From Chiloscyllium plagiosum (taxonomy: Eukaryota): a DNA stretch of 64,000 bases. The notes beneath the pieces are model-generated. The model was given only the letters and a program-made list of their open reading frames with translations, made no database searches and was not told the origin of the DNA. The stretch is from the NCBI RefSeq assembly GCF_004010195.1, contig NC_057711.1, positions 140,749,601 through 140,813,600 of the forward strand, given 5' to 3'. The translations under genes and the position numbers were made by a program. This document shows positions 1-14,199 of this stretch, piece by piece. Position 1 is the stretch's first letter, and each line of letters opens with the position of its first letter.

Positions 1-3000
1 ATGGTACGAGACTGGAAATGAGGCACCTACCCTTTTTTGAATGCGGTGGAGGGAGAGGAAAAGAGTTATGTCTGGTTGAGGTTTGTGTGCGTACATTTTT
101 CAGTAGCAGATTTCTATAGAAATCAGCTGTTGCCTCCACTCGTGCCTAATTTTGCTGATAAAGGTTTGTGAGATACAACATGCATAGATTAGAACAGGTA
201 GGAGCAGTTCTAAAATTGTGGATTTGTTTGGATAGCTGGAGTAACCTTATGAAGAGGTTTTGGATGTGGTCTCAGGTCACCTTCGGGAGAGGCCAACCAC
301 TTTGAAATTGTTAAAATTAGACATGGAAATGATGCATTGAAAGTGCATAAACTCATTAATTGCCAAGCTAATTGGAACTGTCACAAATGTCAAGGCAATT
401 AAGGAGAAAAAACACTGCAGTTTAAAAGAATTTTTGAACATTGGCATAAACCTGAGCACTGCCATTACTGAATGAGCTCTGAATGAATGATGTCACAACC
501 TTTCGCAGTTAAGGACATAGTTTGAATGATTATTGCTAGTCATTATAGATTCTCAAGTAGGATTATGAATTCCAGAACTTGCTGTTGTAAGTGATTATGC
601 ATGTAACTTTTTTTTGTAAGGGACATAGAAGTTGAAGAAAGTTTTTGTACTAAAGTTTTTTTTCTAATGTCTGCAACAGACACTTAGAATTTAATATTAT
701 TTTATCTCAGCATGGGCCTTAAGGCCTGCCTCTTGGATTTCTCGTTGAGTTGTCGTGGTAGATGTAAGGGTAAAGAATGGTGGGAGGGGCACAAGTTGCA
801 GAACTTGGCATAAGGGCCATGGGAAGGTGGAAACCATTGGTTGATATGGAGGGTACTAGGATTTGTGAAGATTGGGTTAAGAGGCCATGGATGGAATGAT
901 ATTTTAGTTTTATTCCTTTTCAATTCCAGCACCTTGCGGTAAGCTTTCTACCCAGCCAGTTTCCCCTTTCAGCAGCCTCCATGCTCTTTCTGGGGTCACT
1001 TGGCTCAAGTCCCAACGATCGCTACCACCATGGAACAAAAAGCTCTCCTCTGGACCACATTCCCCTAGTTCAGGATTGTGTAACCAAGAAATGTACCAAC
1101 TCTACCATGAATAAAAATCCAAGCCGTTCAATAGGGTTCAGTGAGAGCCAACAGGTAACTTACATCGGCTCAAAGCTTATGTGGACTCCCACTGGGTCTT
1201 ATGCAAATCTCTTAAAAAGATTGCACTGTGATTGACAAAAGCCTTGGAGGATCTTATTGGTTTAGCCAAAATGTCAGTGGACTGTCACCAGTAATGCTAT
1301 GAATTATTTCTTGAAAATTGGACCTTTGCCTATGCAGGATATTAATCCTGAGTCCATGAGGATTTGTGAATGGTCAAATGGCAGTTTCAAGCTTGTTGGA
1401 CAGGTATGGTTCAGCAAAGAGCTCAGCTACTCCCTGCTATTGAAGCTAACACAACAGCCCTAGATTGTTGTGTTTCAGAGAGCTTTTACAAGGTGGTGAA
1501 AATGTGGCCCAAATTTCCTGGTTCTCCCCTTCCATGACACCTCCGATTTCTATGAGTGGGTGGAATTGGAGTCAACTAGGGCTTCACCACGTATGGGGAG
1601 AGAGGGCTGGATCTGGTTCCATTCTTATTAATTGAACTTTAATGCAGTGCTGAGGAATATAGGCAGGTCTCCTTATACCCAGTCTGCATCCATTGCCCTC
1701 AGCCTCTGCTCTCCTGCCTGCCTTCCAGGAAACATCTGACACATGAGAATGAAAATACAACTGGCTGGGTCACTTTTTCCCAAGTTAGATTTGTGAACCC
1801 ATGAAATCCAGCCCAGATGGGAGAATCTAAGCTGTTCTCTTTTGTAGTCTTGATCTGTGTTCTGTGGTGCAAAATTGAGCCCTTACCACCTGATGCTTTA
1901 TCTTCTGATCCCAGTAATGAATCCTGCTATCATGTTGAATGTGTAAGAGAATCAAGTGGTTATCCTTCAAAACGTTAAACATGAAGTATTATGAAGTGAT
2001 CCAATTACATCTTGTGACTCCATGATAAAAATCAATGATGAGGCAAGATTGAGGTTCAAAGGCAAACACCTGCATGAGGATTGTGGTTCTATAAAAGAAT
2101 TGTCTCTTAGAGACAGAGAGAGACAAAAAGAGAGACAACTGGTGGTGGTTTAACCTGAGGGTCACCCAGGTGGTTGAGAAAAGAGTGTCCTTCACAGTAA
2201 GCTCAGCTGGTGCAGAAAGTGAAGCCACACAACTGGCAATGCTCTGTTAACTGAATTTTCATTACGAATTGGAAGTACAATTCACCGCAACTAGATTTTC
2301 TGTCAGAGACAAGTGACAAGAAATTGATCAACTATAGCATAAATTGTTTCTTTTTTTTGTTCAGAAGGGAGTTGGAGAGACAAACCCTGCAGACAGAATT
2401 ACAACAATAAACTAACATAAAATGAAGTGGCTATATTTAGGTGGGTTCAATTCTTTACAATTTTCAGTAAACACCTTACTTTTAATAACCGGATTGGAGA
2501 AATACACCAAAAACATAGAAGATTTGCTAATGCAAATTCTGATCTTTTAAGAAAATCTCATCTTTTTACAATATGTATTACACTGACAGAAATGAGTTCA
2601 ATCCCCAAAAGATTAGCCACATTTACAATGACATTAGCACCAGGAGTGTGAAAATTCAGGCACTTGTTCAGAGAAAAAGTCTGAATTAATTTAGTAATTA
2701 ATCATTAACCTTTACTCTCTGCTGAGCTGCTTGTTTTTACTGAATGTATTGTTGTCAGGTGGCTCTGCAGTCTGAGATGGTCAGGGATAAAAGATTCAGT
2801 TTCTATCCTAAAACTCTAATTAATCTTTTGCTAGCTTGTGATTATCATGATTTCATTTTATGAAGTTAAAAAAAGCCATCTGATTGTTAGCTTTCACAAA
2901 GATCACTTTAGCAGAGTAATTATCATTCTACTATTTTTAGTTAGGGTAAAATGTTCAAATAAACATTTGGGCGATACCTATTCACTCACCTGTTATGTAT

Positions 3001-3049
3001 ATCTTCCAATTAATTTCCACTAAGGTCAATGGGATACATATAATAAGTG

Positions 3050-3552
3050 GATGGACAGGAAGGATATTTTTAAGCTGGAGGGGGTTCAGAAGAGATTTAT
3101 CAGGATGTCGCCAGGTATAGAAGGTTTGAGTTGTAAAGAAAGGCTGGATAGACTGGGAATGTTTTCACTGGAGCTGAGGAGGTTGAGAGACGATGTTATA
3201 GAAGTTTATAAAATAATGAGGGGTATAGATAGACTTAATGGTAGTTGTCTTTTCCCTAGGATGGGAGATTTCAAGATACAGTTTTAAAGTGAGAAGAGAA
3301 AGATTTATAAAAGACAAGGGGCAAACTTATTTTTGTTTTGACACAGAGGATGATTCCGTGTGGAATGAACTTCCTGAGGGTGTTGGATGCAGTTACAATT
3401 TCAATGTTTAAAGGACAGTTGGATAAGTAAATGAATAGGAAAGATGCAGAGGGATATGAGCCAGGAGCAGGCAGGTGAAAGTAGTTTATTTAGGGATTAT
3501 GTTTGGCATGGACTGGTTGGACAAAAGGGTCTGTATCTGTGCTGTATGACTC
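3050..3552 (+). mobile_element. CR1 LINE 3' fragment
   Basis: LEGVQKRFIRM...LFSLELRRLR...EVYKIMRG. Similar fragments at 4310-5740, 23120-23550 (-), 39575-39840 (-), 40205-40850 (-) and 61325-61740 (-). Confidence 0.85.
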
Positions 3553-6074
3553 ACCTGTTTCAGACGTCTGACTCAAGACAAAAGCTTGGATGCATGAGAC
3601 AAGCATCTGTTAGTTAGAAAAGTTGAGCTTTATTTTGAGCACTGATCTTTTAGTGGAGCAAAAAATGATCTATGAAATCAACATTTATCAGTCCTGTTCA
3701 ACCAATTATAGGGTAAGAGTAGCATTTTGAATTAATTGTCACCCAAAACAACGCTCCATGTCTGAGTGGTGAAGCCATTGCTCTCGTTTCCACATGGCAT
3801 CAAGCCTCTCAACAATTGAAGTTTGTATCTAAGTCACTTCCAGTTCCTGAATGGACATTGATTGAATAGTGACAAAAACAAGAAGTTTTTATAGCATACT
3901 TCACAACCTTGGGATAACCAATGAATTACTTATGAAGTGTAATCACTGTAGGAAATGCACAGAGCAAGGGCACTTAAGTAGCAATGCAGTGAACGATGAG
4001 GGAGTCTGTTTTAATGATGTTGGTTCAGGAACAGATGTTGGCCCAGATACAGGGGACATTCCATTGCTCCTTCAAATTATGTCCTGGGATCCTCTGAAAT
4101 GTCATGTGGACAGAAACACCTTTGGCTTAACATGTCATCTTAAAATACATCTTTTGTTGGCAGTCCCACAATACTGCACATACATCAGCTTAGATTGTAT
4201 GATCACATCTCTGGTGTATTCGAGTTATGATTTCTATTACTAGTACCTATGGTAAAAATATTTTCAGCAGGTAAGTATTTCCATAAAGGTAACCAATTAT
4301 CCAAACTTGTGCAAAAGGCAATTATAATAGGGAATTTCAACTTCCCCAACATTGACGCAATAGACATAAGAAGAAAGACCTAAGGGAGCAGAATTCTTAA
4401 AATGCACCCAGGAAAGCTTTTTTATCTACCTAAAAGTCCTACAAGAGACTTATAATTTAGTAATAAAGCCAGGCAAGTGGTTGAAATATCAAGTAAGCAT
4501 TTTGCAGACAGCGATCATAATTCCAGTAGATTCAAGACTGTTAGGGAAAGAAAGACAAAGGCAGGCCTGAGATCAACATTCTGAACTCGGGGGGGGGGGG
4601 GGGGGGGGGGGTCTGATTTTAGTACGATCAGATTCAATTTGGCCAGAGCAGACTGGGAGCAGATACTTTTAGATAAATCGGTGTCAGTGAAGTGAGACAT
4701 TCAAAAAGGAAATAGGGAGAGTATGGGACCAACACATTCCAATAAACACAAAGGGTTGATTAGTAAAAGTCTCGGGGATTACAGGGAGAAGGCAGGAGAA
4801 TGTGGTTGAGAAAGGTACATCAGCCATGATCAGCCAATTGGTCTCATTCTGTTCTGAGATTGGATGGTCTTGATACCAACAAATTCTGTGAACCCTAGCT
4901 ATCAAGGGATATATAGAATTGAATAGAGAAAAAGGGAGGCTTACTGCAGATATCAATGGCTGAAAATAGCAGAAGCCCTCGAGTACAGAATGTACAAGGG
5001 TAAACTTAAGGAGGAAGTTAGGAGAGCAAAAAAAGAGACATGAAAGAATAACAGCAGGTGAAATAAAGGAAGGTCTTCAGTTATTTAACAAGTATATTAA
5101 GGATAATTAGGGCCCATCAAAGATCACAGTGGAAACTTGTGCATGGAGTCAGAGGATGTCTGGTATGAAAAAAAAATTTAGACTTGAATGTGGGAGGGCT
5201 GATCGGTAAGTTTGCAGATGGCACAAAAATTGGGGTTGTAAACAGTGAGGAGGATAGCCTTAGATATTGATGGACTGGTCAGATGGGATGATCAATGGCA
5301 AATGGAATTCAATTTGGATTAGTATGAAGTGATGCATGCTGCCTGACCTGCTGCTCTTCTCCAGCAACACATTTCCATCTCTGATCTCCAGCATCTGCAG
5401 ACCTCATTTTCTCTCTAAACAAGGTGAGGGTAAACATGATGAATGGTCGGACCCTGGGAATTGTATATAGAGAGGGTAGATGCAAGAAGGCTTTTAAACA
5501 TATGGAGGAGTCATTTTTTTCAACTAGTGGTGAAATATCTTCAGCCTATGGCATTTTCTGCCACATAAAGCAGTTGAGGCCAAATCATTTCAATGGATTA
5601 GTTATAGCTCTTATGGCTACAGAGTTTAAAGGGTAGGGGGAAGAAAGTCAGAATAGGGGAGTGAATTGGATGATCAGCCATAATCCTATTTTATGGCAAA
5701 GCAGCTTCAATGAGCTAAATGGGGGACTTCTCTTATTTTCTACATTTCTAATGTTTTCCACTGTAAGAGGAGACAACACTGGTACTGAAGCAAGGGTTCC
5801 AAGGTCTGGGTCATCCAGCAGTGATCTTGTGTCAGCGTGGCTCACTGTGCTCTTGAACCTTGGTTAGAAGCCACATGAAGCTGCCACTCCGGAGGTAAAT
5901 GAGGGGAGCCTGATGAGTTTGTAATTAATTTTGAAGCTCCTCTGGATTAGATCTTCAAAAGTGACTAATTGATGAATCATAATTTTATTTACATGTAAGA
6001 GAGACTTCATAATTTTTTGCTTGCATATTTAAATTAGCTAAGCATAATTGAAAACTCTACTACTCACTGTTATT

Positions 6075-6308
6075 GTTTGAGTAAAAAGATCTGGCCCCTT
6101 CCTTATTCCTTCTACTCATGTATTTCCCTTCCCACGTGGTTAAAAATGCCCTCCAACGCATGTCATCCACATCCCGCACCTCCACCCTCAGACCCCACCC
6201 CTCTAACCCTAACAAGGAGAGAACGCCCCTGGTGCTCACCTTCCACCCTACCAACCATTCTAATCTAGACTCTGGTTTCCAGCATCTGCAGTCATTGTTT
6301 TTACCTTC
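6075..6308 (+). mobile_element. Penelope-like fragment
   Basis: FPSHVVKNALQR...NKERTPLVLTFHPTN linker motif followed by a pLTR tail (ccagcatctgcagtcattgtttttac). Confidence 0.7.
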
Positions 6309-6598
6309 TACTCATGTAAGTGTAGTCACTAGAACCACCTGTCTTATACCCTAAAACAACAAAACTTCAGCAAACAGAACATCCAATTAGATGCACAGTA
6401 GTTTCCAGGGTCAAGCAGAGATCGTGGATCTCCCTTATCTGCTTTCTCATCTCAGCACAAGCTTTTCCTGTGGTTCCTTTCCATTGCCATGGTTAATAAT
6501 GCAGGCTAGATCCAGAGGATGCCAACGATTAGTAATATCTCTATTTTAACACACGTTTCCCTAACTAACAAATGAGAAATAAAACTCAAGTTGAAAAT

Positions 6599-7295
6599 TG
6601 AGAGGATTTGTAGCTCAGGTTGAGGTTCTGGATGTAGGTTTGCTCACTGAGCTGGAAGATTCATGTTCAGATGTTTCGTCACCATACTAGGTAACATTTT
6701 CAGTGAGCCTCCAGCTGAGGTGACATGGCCCACTTTTTATTTGTGTGTTTAGGATTCCTTGGATTGGTGACATCATTTCCTATTCTTTATTTCAGGGGTG
6801 GTAAATGGGATCCAAGTCAACGTGTTTGTTGATAGAGTTCCAGTTGGAACGCCATGCTTCTAGAAATTGTCGTGCATGTCTCTGGTTGGCTTGTCCTAGG
6901 AATGGATGTGAGGATATCTGGGAAAATGCAAGAAGGATCCCGATTTGCAATAGGACCCATGCCTTGCAATTGTAAGTGGCTAGACAACACATCCTAGGAC
7001 AAGCCAAAGAGAGACACGCAGAGAATTCCTAGAAGCATGGCATTCCAACTGTAACTCTATCAACACACACATTGACTTGGATTCCATTTACCATCCCCTG
7101 AGAAAAAGATCAGGAAATTACATCACCACAAGCAATGATGTAGCCACAGGAAAGACATCACCAACCCAAGGAAACCTAAACATACATAAAAAATGGGCCA
7201 TGCCATCAGTGCTTCATCCGGAGGCTCACCGACGATGTTACCTAGTATGGTGACGAAATGTCTGAAAACCTTCCAGCTCAGCGAGCAAACCTACA
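6599..7295. mobile_element. Penelope-like fold-back insertion, family A
   Basis: Inverted arms at about 6630-6900 and 6976-7297 contain a GIY-YIG C-terminal remnant (ILGQANQRHARQFLEAW...SINKHVDLDPIY) and hammerhead-like cores. TSD tcaagttg(a/t)aaat at 6586-6598 and 7296-7308. Confidence 0.85.
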
Positions 7296-8789
7296 TCAAG
7301 TTGTAAATCTACAAACTGTCAATCTTCGTATGAAACTGCAACATAGCAAAGCTTAAAAATAAACAATATTCAAAAAAAACTACTACTTGAAGTAATTTTA
7401 AATTATCTCACATTTCCACAGATAATTCTCATTCTGTTAGATCGGTGGAATAAAGGATAGTGATAAAAAAAATTCAATAAAAACGCCACTCTTTGATACT
7501 GCAACTTCCAGAGATCAGGAGACCATCCGAAGTAGTATATTTTTGCAGATTAGCTGGTTTTGGAGTGGGGGGGGGGGGGGGGGGGGGGAAGGACTATTTC
7601 AATATGAAAGTTCCCAATCCTTAAAAATTAACTTACTCGATTCTTTAGATTATCCTTGTAAGCTCATCCTCTTACAAGGAGGAGTCAGATGGGAAGATGA
7701 TGAGTGGCAGGTAAGGAAATGGAGTACGAGAGCAGGCAGTGCAGACACAGTGAAGATCATTCTGGTCGAACCACATGCAGCAATTTTACAACAAAACCAA
7801 TCTGCTGATCATTACTGGTGTCAATCCACTTTAACTTCTCTCCCATAAAACTTATTACCTGCTTATAAATTCTCTTAAATTACACACACTAAATTCCCTC
7901 AATGAATTTTGTACAAAATATGATCCAGAAATCTTTCACAGAACAACAATGTCAACAGAACAGATGTGTAACATGCAGTTGATCCGATATTGCCTGTTTA
8001 GAATATTGCCCAAAGTCAAAAGGAAGTTATAATGAAAAGACATCAATGTGAAATGTTGACTGTTTATTTCTCTACAAGGGCTTCCAGTACTTTCTATTTT
8101 AATCCTGATTTCAATGTGTGCAACATTTTCCTCCTGGTTAGGCACAGGTATAGCTAATATTTGCATCTAGATTTTAGATACTTACCTCCAAGTTATACTG
8201 AAGCTAATATTAGTTAAATTGTAAAAAGAAGGTAAAATAAGGAATTCCCACCTTTGCTCTCAGGGAAAGGTCTTCTCCGCTATTGTACTTGAAGTATGCT
8301 CAGAGTTACCTCTGTACACCCTTAAAACATGAGTTGATCCTACTAGCAGTCAGTATATAAAAAAAATTCTAAATATGCAAGGCAGGAGGTGCAAACTGTC
8401 ATGCTCATTACCTCGCTAGTCTCACTACCTCACATGTTACTACAGGAAATAAAAACTTCAAATTACCAAGGTGACCAATTAAATATTTTACTGTTTAAAT
8501 TCTGATCAATCACAGATTTCTTAAACAACTACTGATTAATTACCAAAACAAAATTTATTAAATAAAGGTGCAATAATTAGTTAATGTTAAAAAGTGTCAG
8601 AAGTATAAATGCTGGTCTCTCTAAATATGCCCAAACCACACAAATCCAGGAAAATACAAAAATAATTCTCTACAGAGACTGACTTTCTGAAAAGGACGCA
8701 TTCTGACCTATTATTATTGAAGGCAAAAGGATAAAGCATAGATTTGTGCAGCAATCTGTTGTTTGGGACCTTCTGACTTTTGGTCAAGT

Positions 8790-9720
8790 CAGTAATCATG
8801 CACAATCATCTCTAAAATTCTATAGATAGGCAGGGTGCCCTCTTACTAACTTACTGTTCTTGGACAACATGAGGAGCGTTAAGGAATGTTGCCGTAACCC
8901 AATAGTTATTAATATTGTTAAACCATGGAGGGAAATACGGCAGAGTGAAAGCAATATTGCCAAAATGTCATTTCTTACAATCATAGTTGGTATACTGGGT
9001 TTTCAACTGGGGCTGATGGACTCAGGGTTTAAACTATGGCAGCTAGGGGTGTGTCTTACCTGGGTGACTTACTTGAGGGGGAGACATTGATGTTTTTTGA
9101 GCAGTTAGCTAAGAAATACAAGTTACCCAGTAAGAACCTCTTCTATTTTTTTTTCAAATTAGGGACTTCATTCAAAAAAACTACTGCACTTTTAACTGCT
9201 TCCTATAGATCCTATAGATCAGAGAAGAGGGTGCTTAGTGTTGGGAACACACTCTGTCGGCAATCACTATCACTTGTTGGGAGAGGGCCCCTCGGATGAG
9301 ACTCAGCGGCTTTGTAAGGTATGAGAGAGGGAGCTGGGCATTGAGATCTCCTCGGAGGCATGGAGGATATCTGGGAAAATGCAAGAAGGATCTCGATTTG
9401 CAATAGGACCCATCCTTGTAATTGTCCACTTGACTCTGAATTGTTTCTCTAAATTTAAAGTGGGAGTATCTCCAACATGTTCCAAATGCAAAATGAGTAC
9501 GGGTACTCTCACTCATTATCTTTGGTCCTGCCACATACTCTGGACATACTGGAGTGCTGTGGTAGGCGAAATAGAGGGGGTCTTGGGGACAGAGGTGGAG
9601 ATGGACTTGGTATCTCCTCTTCACACATATATTAAAAAATCAACATACATATTTTTATATATGTAGATCTAGGTTTTTTTTCTTTGTTCTGTTTTGCATT
9701 GTTTTGTTTTGTGTTTGTTT
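8790..9720 (+). mobile_element. L1-clade LINE 3' fragment (ORF2 C-terminus)
   Basis: WAARGVSYLGDL...FEQLAKKYKLP and the CCHC motif SPTCSKCKMSTGTLTHYLWSC; frameshifted. Confidence 0.8.
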
Positions 9721-10483
9721 AAAAATTCTACAGACAACTTGCTCAGAAAATGCCATCTTCATAGGTTATTTCGAAAGAACAAGTAGGTTGCATACTGAAC
9801 TCAACGAGAGGGTTTACTTTGCAGAACTGTAAGCCATCAGCTGGGAATCCTGCTTTTCTTCAAGTCAGCAGCTTCTTAGCAGACTGCCCTCCAACTGAAC
9901 CAGAGAAAACCAGGATCTCCTCAAGCCCATCACTGTTCAAAACAGCCTGGACAGGGACTTAAAGCAACACAAGCTATTATCAGCTGTCATGAGATTCACT
10001 GGACACATTATCAAAAACCTCTCAATGCCCAAGGTGAATTTTCAAAAAAAAACTTTCAAATAAGTCCAAACATTCCACAAAATGAAGTGAATCTACTTTC
10101 CACAGTGCTTCAAATCTTAAGTGCTCCAAGTAATATTAAATATCAAGCATCTTTGAAATAAATGTGATGTTCATAGTCACATTGTACACTGCCAGGGCAT
10201 TCTACTCAGAATCCTGTAACTGGACTTCCCAGCTTTTATCATTCCGGATCATCATCCAACTTACTTCAGCTCATCTGCTGTTGAAACTATCACCAGTGCC
10301 TTTGTCAGAACAGTCAATTCTCTGCCAGCTCCCATCTCTCACCTTTCATAAACTGGAGTTCCTTAAAAACCCTGCAGCACGAAGTCCCATTCACCATCAT
10401 TTGTATGTTCACTGTTCAGAAATGCTGCAATTTTAAAATTCTTATCCTTATTTTCAAATCCGTGCATGACCTCTGAAATAACT

Positions 10484-10693
10484 CCAGAGAGGCCAGTATC
10501 CTGTCATCAAGTCACCCTTTCTTTACAGGTGGAGAGTCCTCGATACTGATCCAGCTCTCAGAATGAACAGGAAATCTGACACTTCTATTTATATCTGATC
10601 CAATCAGGGAGTCCTGGCTTACAGATGAACAGGCCCCAATCAGGGAACTCATTCAGTGAGGTCCACATGGCTGACTTCATTACAATCACTGCA
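10484..10693 (-). mobile_element. Possible short solo LTR
   Basis: Begins TG(C)AGTGATTGTAATGA on the minus strand and contains CCAAT boxes and TATAAA; interrupts an older repeat. Confidence 0.4.
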
Positions 10694-11311
10694 GCCTCAT
10701 TTTAACTTTTCTCTGCAACCTCCTCTATTCCCACAACCCTCCAATCCTGGCATCGTGCATATTTTTGATTTTAAAACCACTCCACCACTGGCAGCTTTGC
10801 CTTCACCTGCCCAGGTCCTAAGCTTCCCAAATTACTTCACTTCTCCTCCTCCAAAAGGCATTTTAAAATCTACCTCTTTGATCAGGATTTTTGGTCGCTT
10901 GTCATTATAACTCATGTAGTACCATGTCAAATTTTATCAGTGTCAATTTGCATCCCATAACTGCCAACTGTTCAACTTGGCAATTTAGACACCAAGACAA
11001 AAATGTCTACTAAACAATCACGTCCTCAAGTTGCTGTTTGATGACACTGCCGATAGCCCATACTGAAACTCATTTGCAGCAATTAATTGATCATTTCCCT
11101 GGGCCTGCAATGTCAGGAAGGTCAAAGATATGAACCAGGTATAAAGACCTTGCATCAACATCGCAACTTCACTCCAGAGATTGTTGACAGATAGCGTCAC
11201 CAACAGTATCAAAGCTGTCATATCAAAGTTCAGAAGTCAAGCGTGGATCAGCAGACCAAAAATATAACACTCCATTTTTATCAGGTTGGTATTCTGAAAG
11301 CGTTCCTTCAC

Positions 11312-11635
11312 AGTAGCCTAGTGGTGTTATCGCTAGGTTATTAATCCAAAGACCTTGTTCGTATTCTGGGGACTTGTATTCAAATGCTACCATGGCAGAT
11401 GGTGCAATGTGAATTCAGTACTACTCTAGAAATAAGAGTATGACCATGTCATCATTGCCAATTGTCAGGGAAAAACCCATCTCGTTCACTAATGTCATCC
11501 TCACCTGGTCTGGTTTACATGGGACTCCAGACCCACAGCAATATGGTTGACTCAACTGCCCTCTGGGCAATTAGGGATGAACAGTAAATGCGGGCCTATC
11601 CAGTGATGCCCATATACGTGAATGAACTTTAAAAA
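11312..11635 (+). mobile_element. tRNA-headed SINE (second family) sharing its tail with the CR1/L2-group LINE
   Basis: A/B-box-like head and central acctggtctgg...gactccagacccacagcaat...tgccctctg. Other copies at 16250-16580 (-), 16065-16180 and 36440-36810. Confidence 0.7.
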
Positions 11636-12699
11636 GTAGAGTGGAGAACCTACACAAGCCAAGAAAATTAGCTGAACAGCTTCCACTCCCACTGCTTAAA
11701 ACAAAGAATGGGAATTCATAAGGAAGTTGAATGCAGAATATAGAAGTAGACCATCTTGCATGAATCCCCAGGTTTGCTGTTGAGTTTCAGTGAGCTCATA
11801 GCTAGGTAGTGTGCTCAGAATAGAATTTAGCTGCATCCTCAAAGACCTATAACGAGCTTGCTGTTGGCACAAGACCAAGGGGTCACCCAGATCTGTGATA
11901 CAAGGACATCGGTGAGAACACAAGTTTAGCTGGATGTCAGTTAACTAATGGAAAGTCCTTGCTGGTGTCTGGAGTGCCAGGAGAGGAGCAGTCAAGAAAA
12001 GAAATGACCAAAGTGGAAAAGGTCTGCCTAAGGTCAAAATGACATCAAGGCAAGGCCATATACCTACACCAGTTACAAAAGGAACGGCTACTCACAAGTA
12101 GGCCTCTCTCACCACAACACTGAAAACCAATACAGAAGTGATATACGCAGTCTGTCATCTTCTGACACATGTCAAACTTTAAATTAGAATTAGGTTTTAT
12201 TTTCACGTGTACTGAAGTACAGATATATGGGAGTACAGTGAAAAGTTTATAATGTCACCATTCATGGCACCATCTTAGCTACAAGGTACCTAGGTACAAA
12301 ATCTTAGATTAAAAAGTAGAAAAAATAAATAAGTTAAAAGTTTGTTTAATAAAACACTTCGTAAAAGTTTACATCAAAGGTGTTATAGAAATTTAAATTA
12401 CCATTTTAAAAAAGCCTTCACTACAATCGAGGTTTTACTAAAATGTAAGTATTTTATTTTTGAAAACTGTATGTCTTTAACATTCCAATAATGTGGTAGT
12501 ATTGCCCATGAAGCTATTGTAATAATGTGACCAGCCTCTCAAAGATCATCACTAGGCTACTTCATTTTAAAATATTACACCGTTTTGTTTCTACAGCATG
12601 AATATGCTGGAGTAGCAGTGGTGTAGCGAGTGGCAACGACACAGGTCCAGTAATCCAGGGATCCCATGCCAGTGCTCAGGGGGCATTGGTCAGAATGTG

Positions 12700-13040
12700 A
12701 CCACAGAAGATATAAGAGTGCAGAAACAGGCCATTTGGTCCACAGAGTCCACAGTAACTCTCCAAAGAGCATCCCACCCAGACACACCCTCTGACCTTAT
12801 CCCTATAACCCTGCATTTCCCAGGGAAAATCCACCGACCTACATATCCATGGATACTATGGGCAATTTAGCATGGCCACTCCATCTAACCTGCATATCTT
12901 TGGACTGAGAAGGGAAACTGGAGCATGCGGAGGAAACCTATGCAAAAATGGGGAAAACATACAAATTCCACACAGTCACCCAAGAATGGATCTCTGATGC
13001 TTTGAGGCAGCAGTGCTAAACACAGCCACCGTGTCACCGT
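12700..13040 (-). mobile_element. HE1-type SINE, older copy
   Basis: Diverged match to the same family. Confidence 0.75.
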
Positions 13041-13376
13041 ATGGTTGAATTCAATAAAACAAAAAAATCAGGGTACTAAGAGTCAGTCAATTGTCACAAA
13101 ATTCCAATTGTTTCACTAATGCCCTTTAAGGAAGCAAATATGTCATCCCTACCTGGTCTGGCCTACTTATGACTCCAGATTGACTTTTAAGTGCCCTCTG
13201 AAATAGCATTCACACCACTCAGTTTCATTAAAAGGAATGAAATTGGATGGACCACGTGGCATTAACCGATATACCAGAAACAGCTAACTCAGCCCTGACA
13301 ACCCTGTAAAGTACTCCTTACTTATATATGAAGCTCGTGCCAAAAGTGAGAGAGCTTTCTTAGTCAGGTAACAGCC

Positions 13377-13575
13377 AGTTTTGAGAAGATTTGTAGCTCA
13401 GGTTGAGTTTCTGGATTTAAGTTGGCTCACTGAGCTCGAAGGTCTGTTTTCAGACATTGCGTCACCATACTAGGTAGCATCATCAGTGAGCCTCCGGTTG
13501 CTCACTGATGTTACCGAGTATGGTGACAAAACATCTTAAACCAAACCTTGCAGCTCAGCAAGCAAACTTACACCC
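13377..13575. mobile_element. Short Penelope-like fold-back insertion, family A
   Basis: Same terminal sequence as the 6599 element; inverted arms centred near 13495; TSD agtca(gg/aa)taacagcc at 13362-13376 and 13576-13590. Confidence 0.8.
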
Positions 13576-14199
13576 AGTCAAATAACAGCCTGACCACCAT
13601 ATTCATGGACCCATACCTTATAATGGCCCAGATACTTGGCACGTCCGACCCAGTGGAGATTGTATCATAGTGTTATGCAGTCGGAAAGGTTGCTCTGGAA
13701 GACCTCAACTCTGACTCAAAACCCAAGAAATCGCATGTGATCATGTCAAACATGGGCAAGGAAACCTCCTGCTGATTACCATGTAACACCTCCCCCAGTT
13801 TATGAATCAGTGCTCCTCCATAGTGAGCTCCACTTGCAGTATGTACTGGGGGTGGCAAGGCTGCAAAATGTACTCGGGGTGAGAAATTTCAATGTCCTTC
13901 AATAAAAGTGGCTAGGTCACACCACTATTTAGTGAGCTGGCCAAGTCGTTCAGGAAGTAGCTCCTCCACCAGCTCTGTGGCTGATTGTGCAGCAAGGAGG
14001 GAGGGAAAAGCATCTGCCCTTGACAATAGGAGTACGAATGACCACTGCACAGTCACTGTGGAGTCAAAGTCCCATCTTCACAATGAGGATAACATCCATG
14101 CAAAATAGAACAGACTTCAAACAGATCTAGCAACTCAAAAGTGGTCATCCACAAGGCATTGTGACCATCGACAGCAGGAGAATTGTATTCAACAATTAG

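Noticed and set aside
4588-4611. Poly-G runs here and at 7567-7588 as G-quadruplex elements
   Set aside because: Simple homopolymers of unreliable length with no evidence of function.
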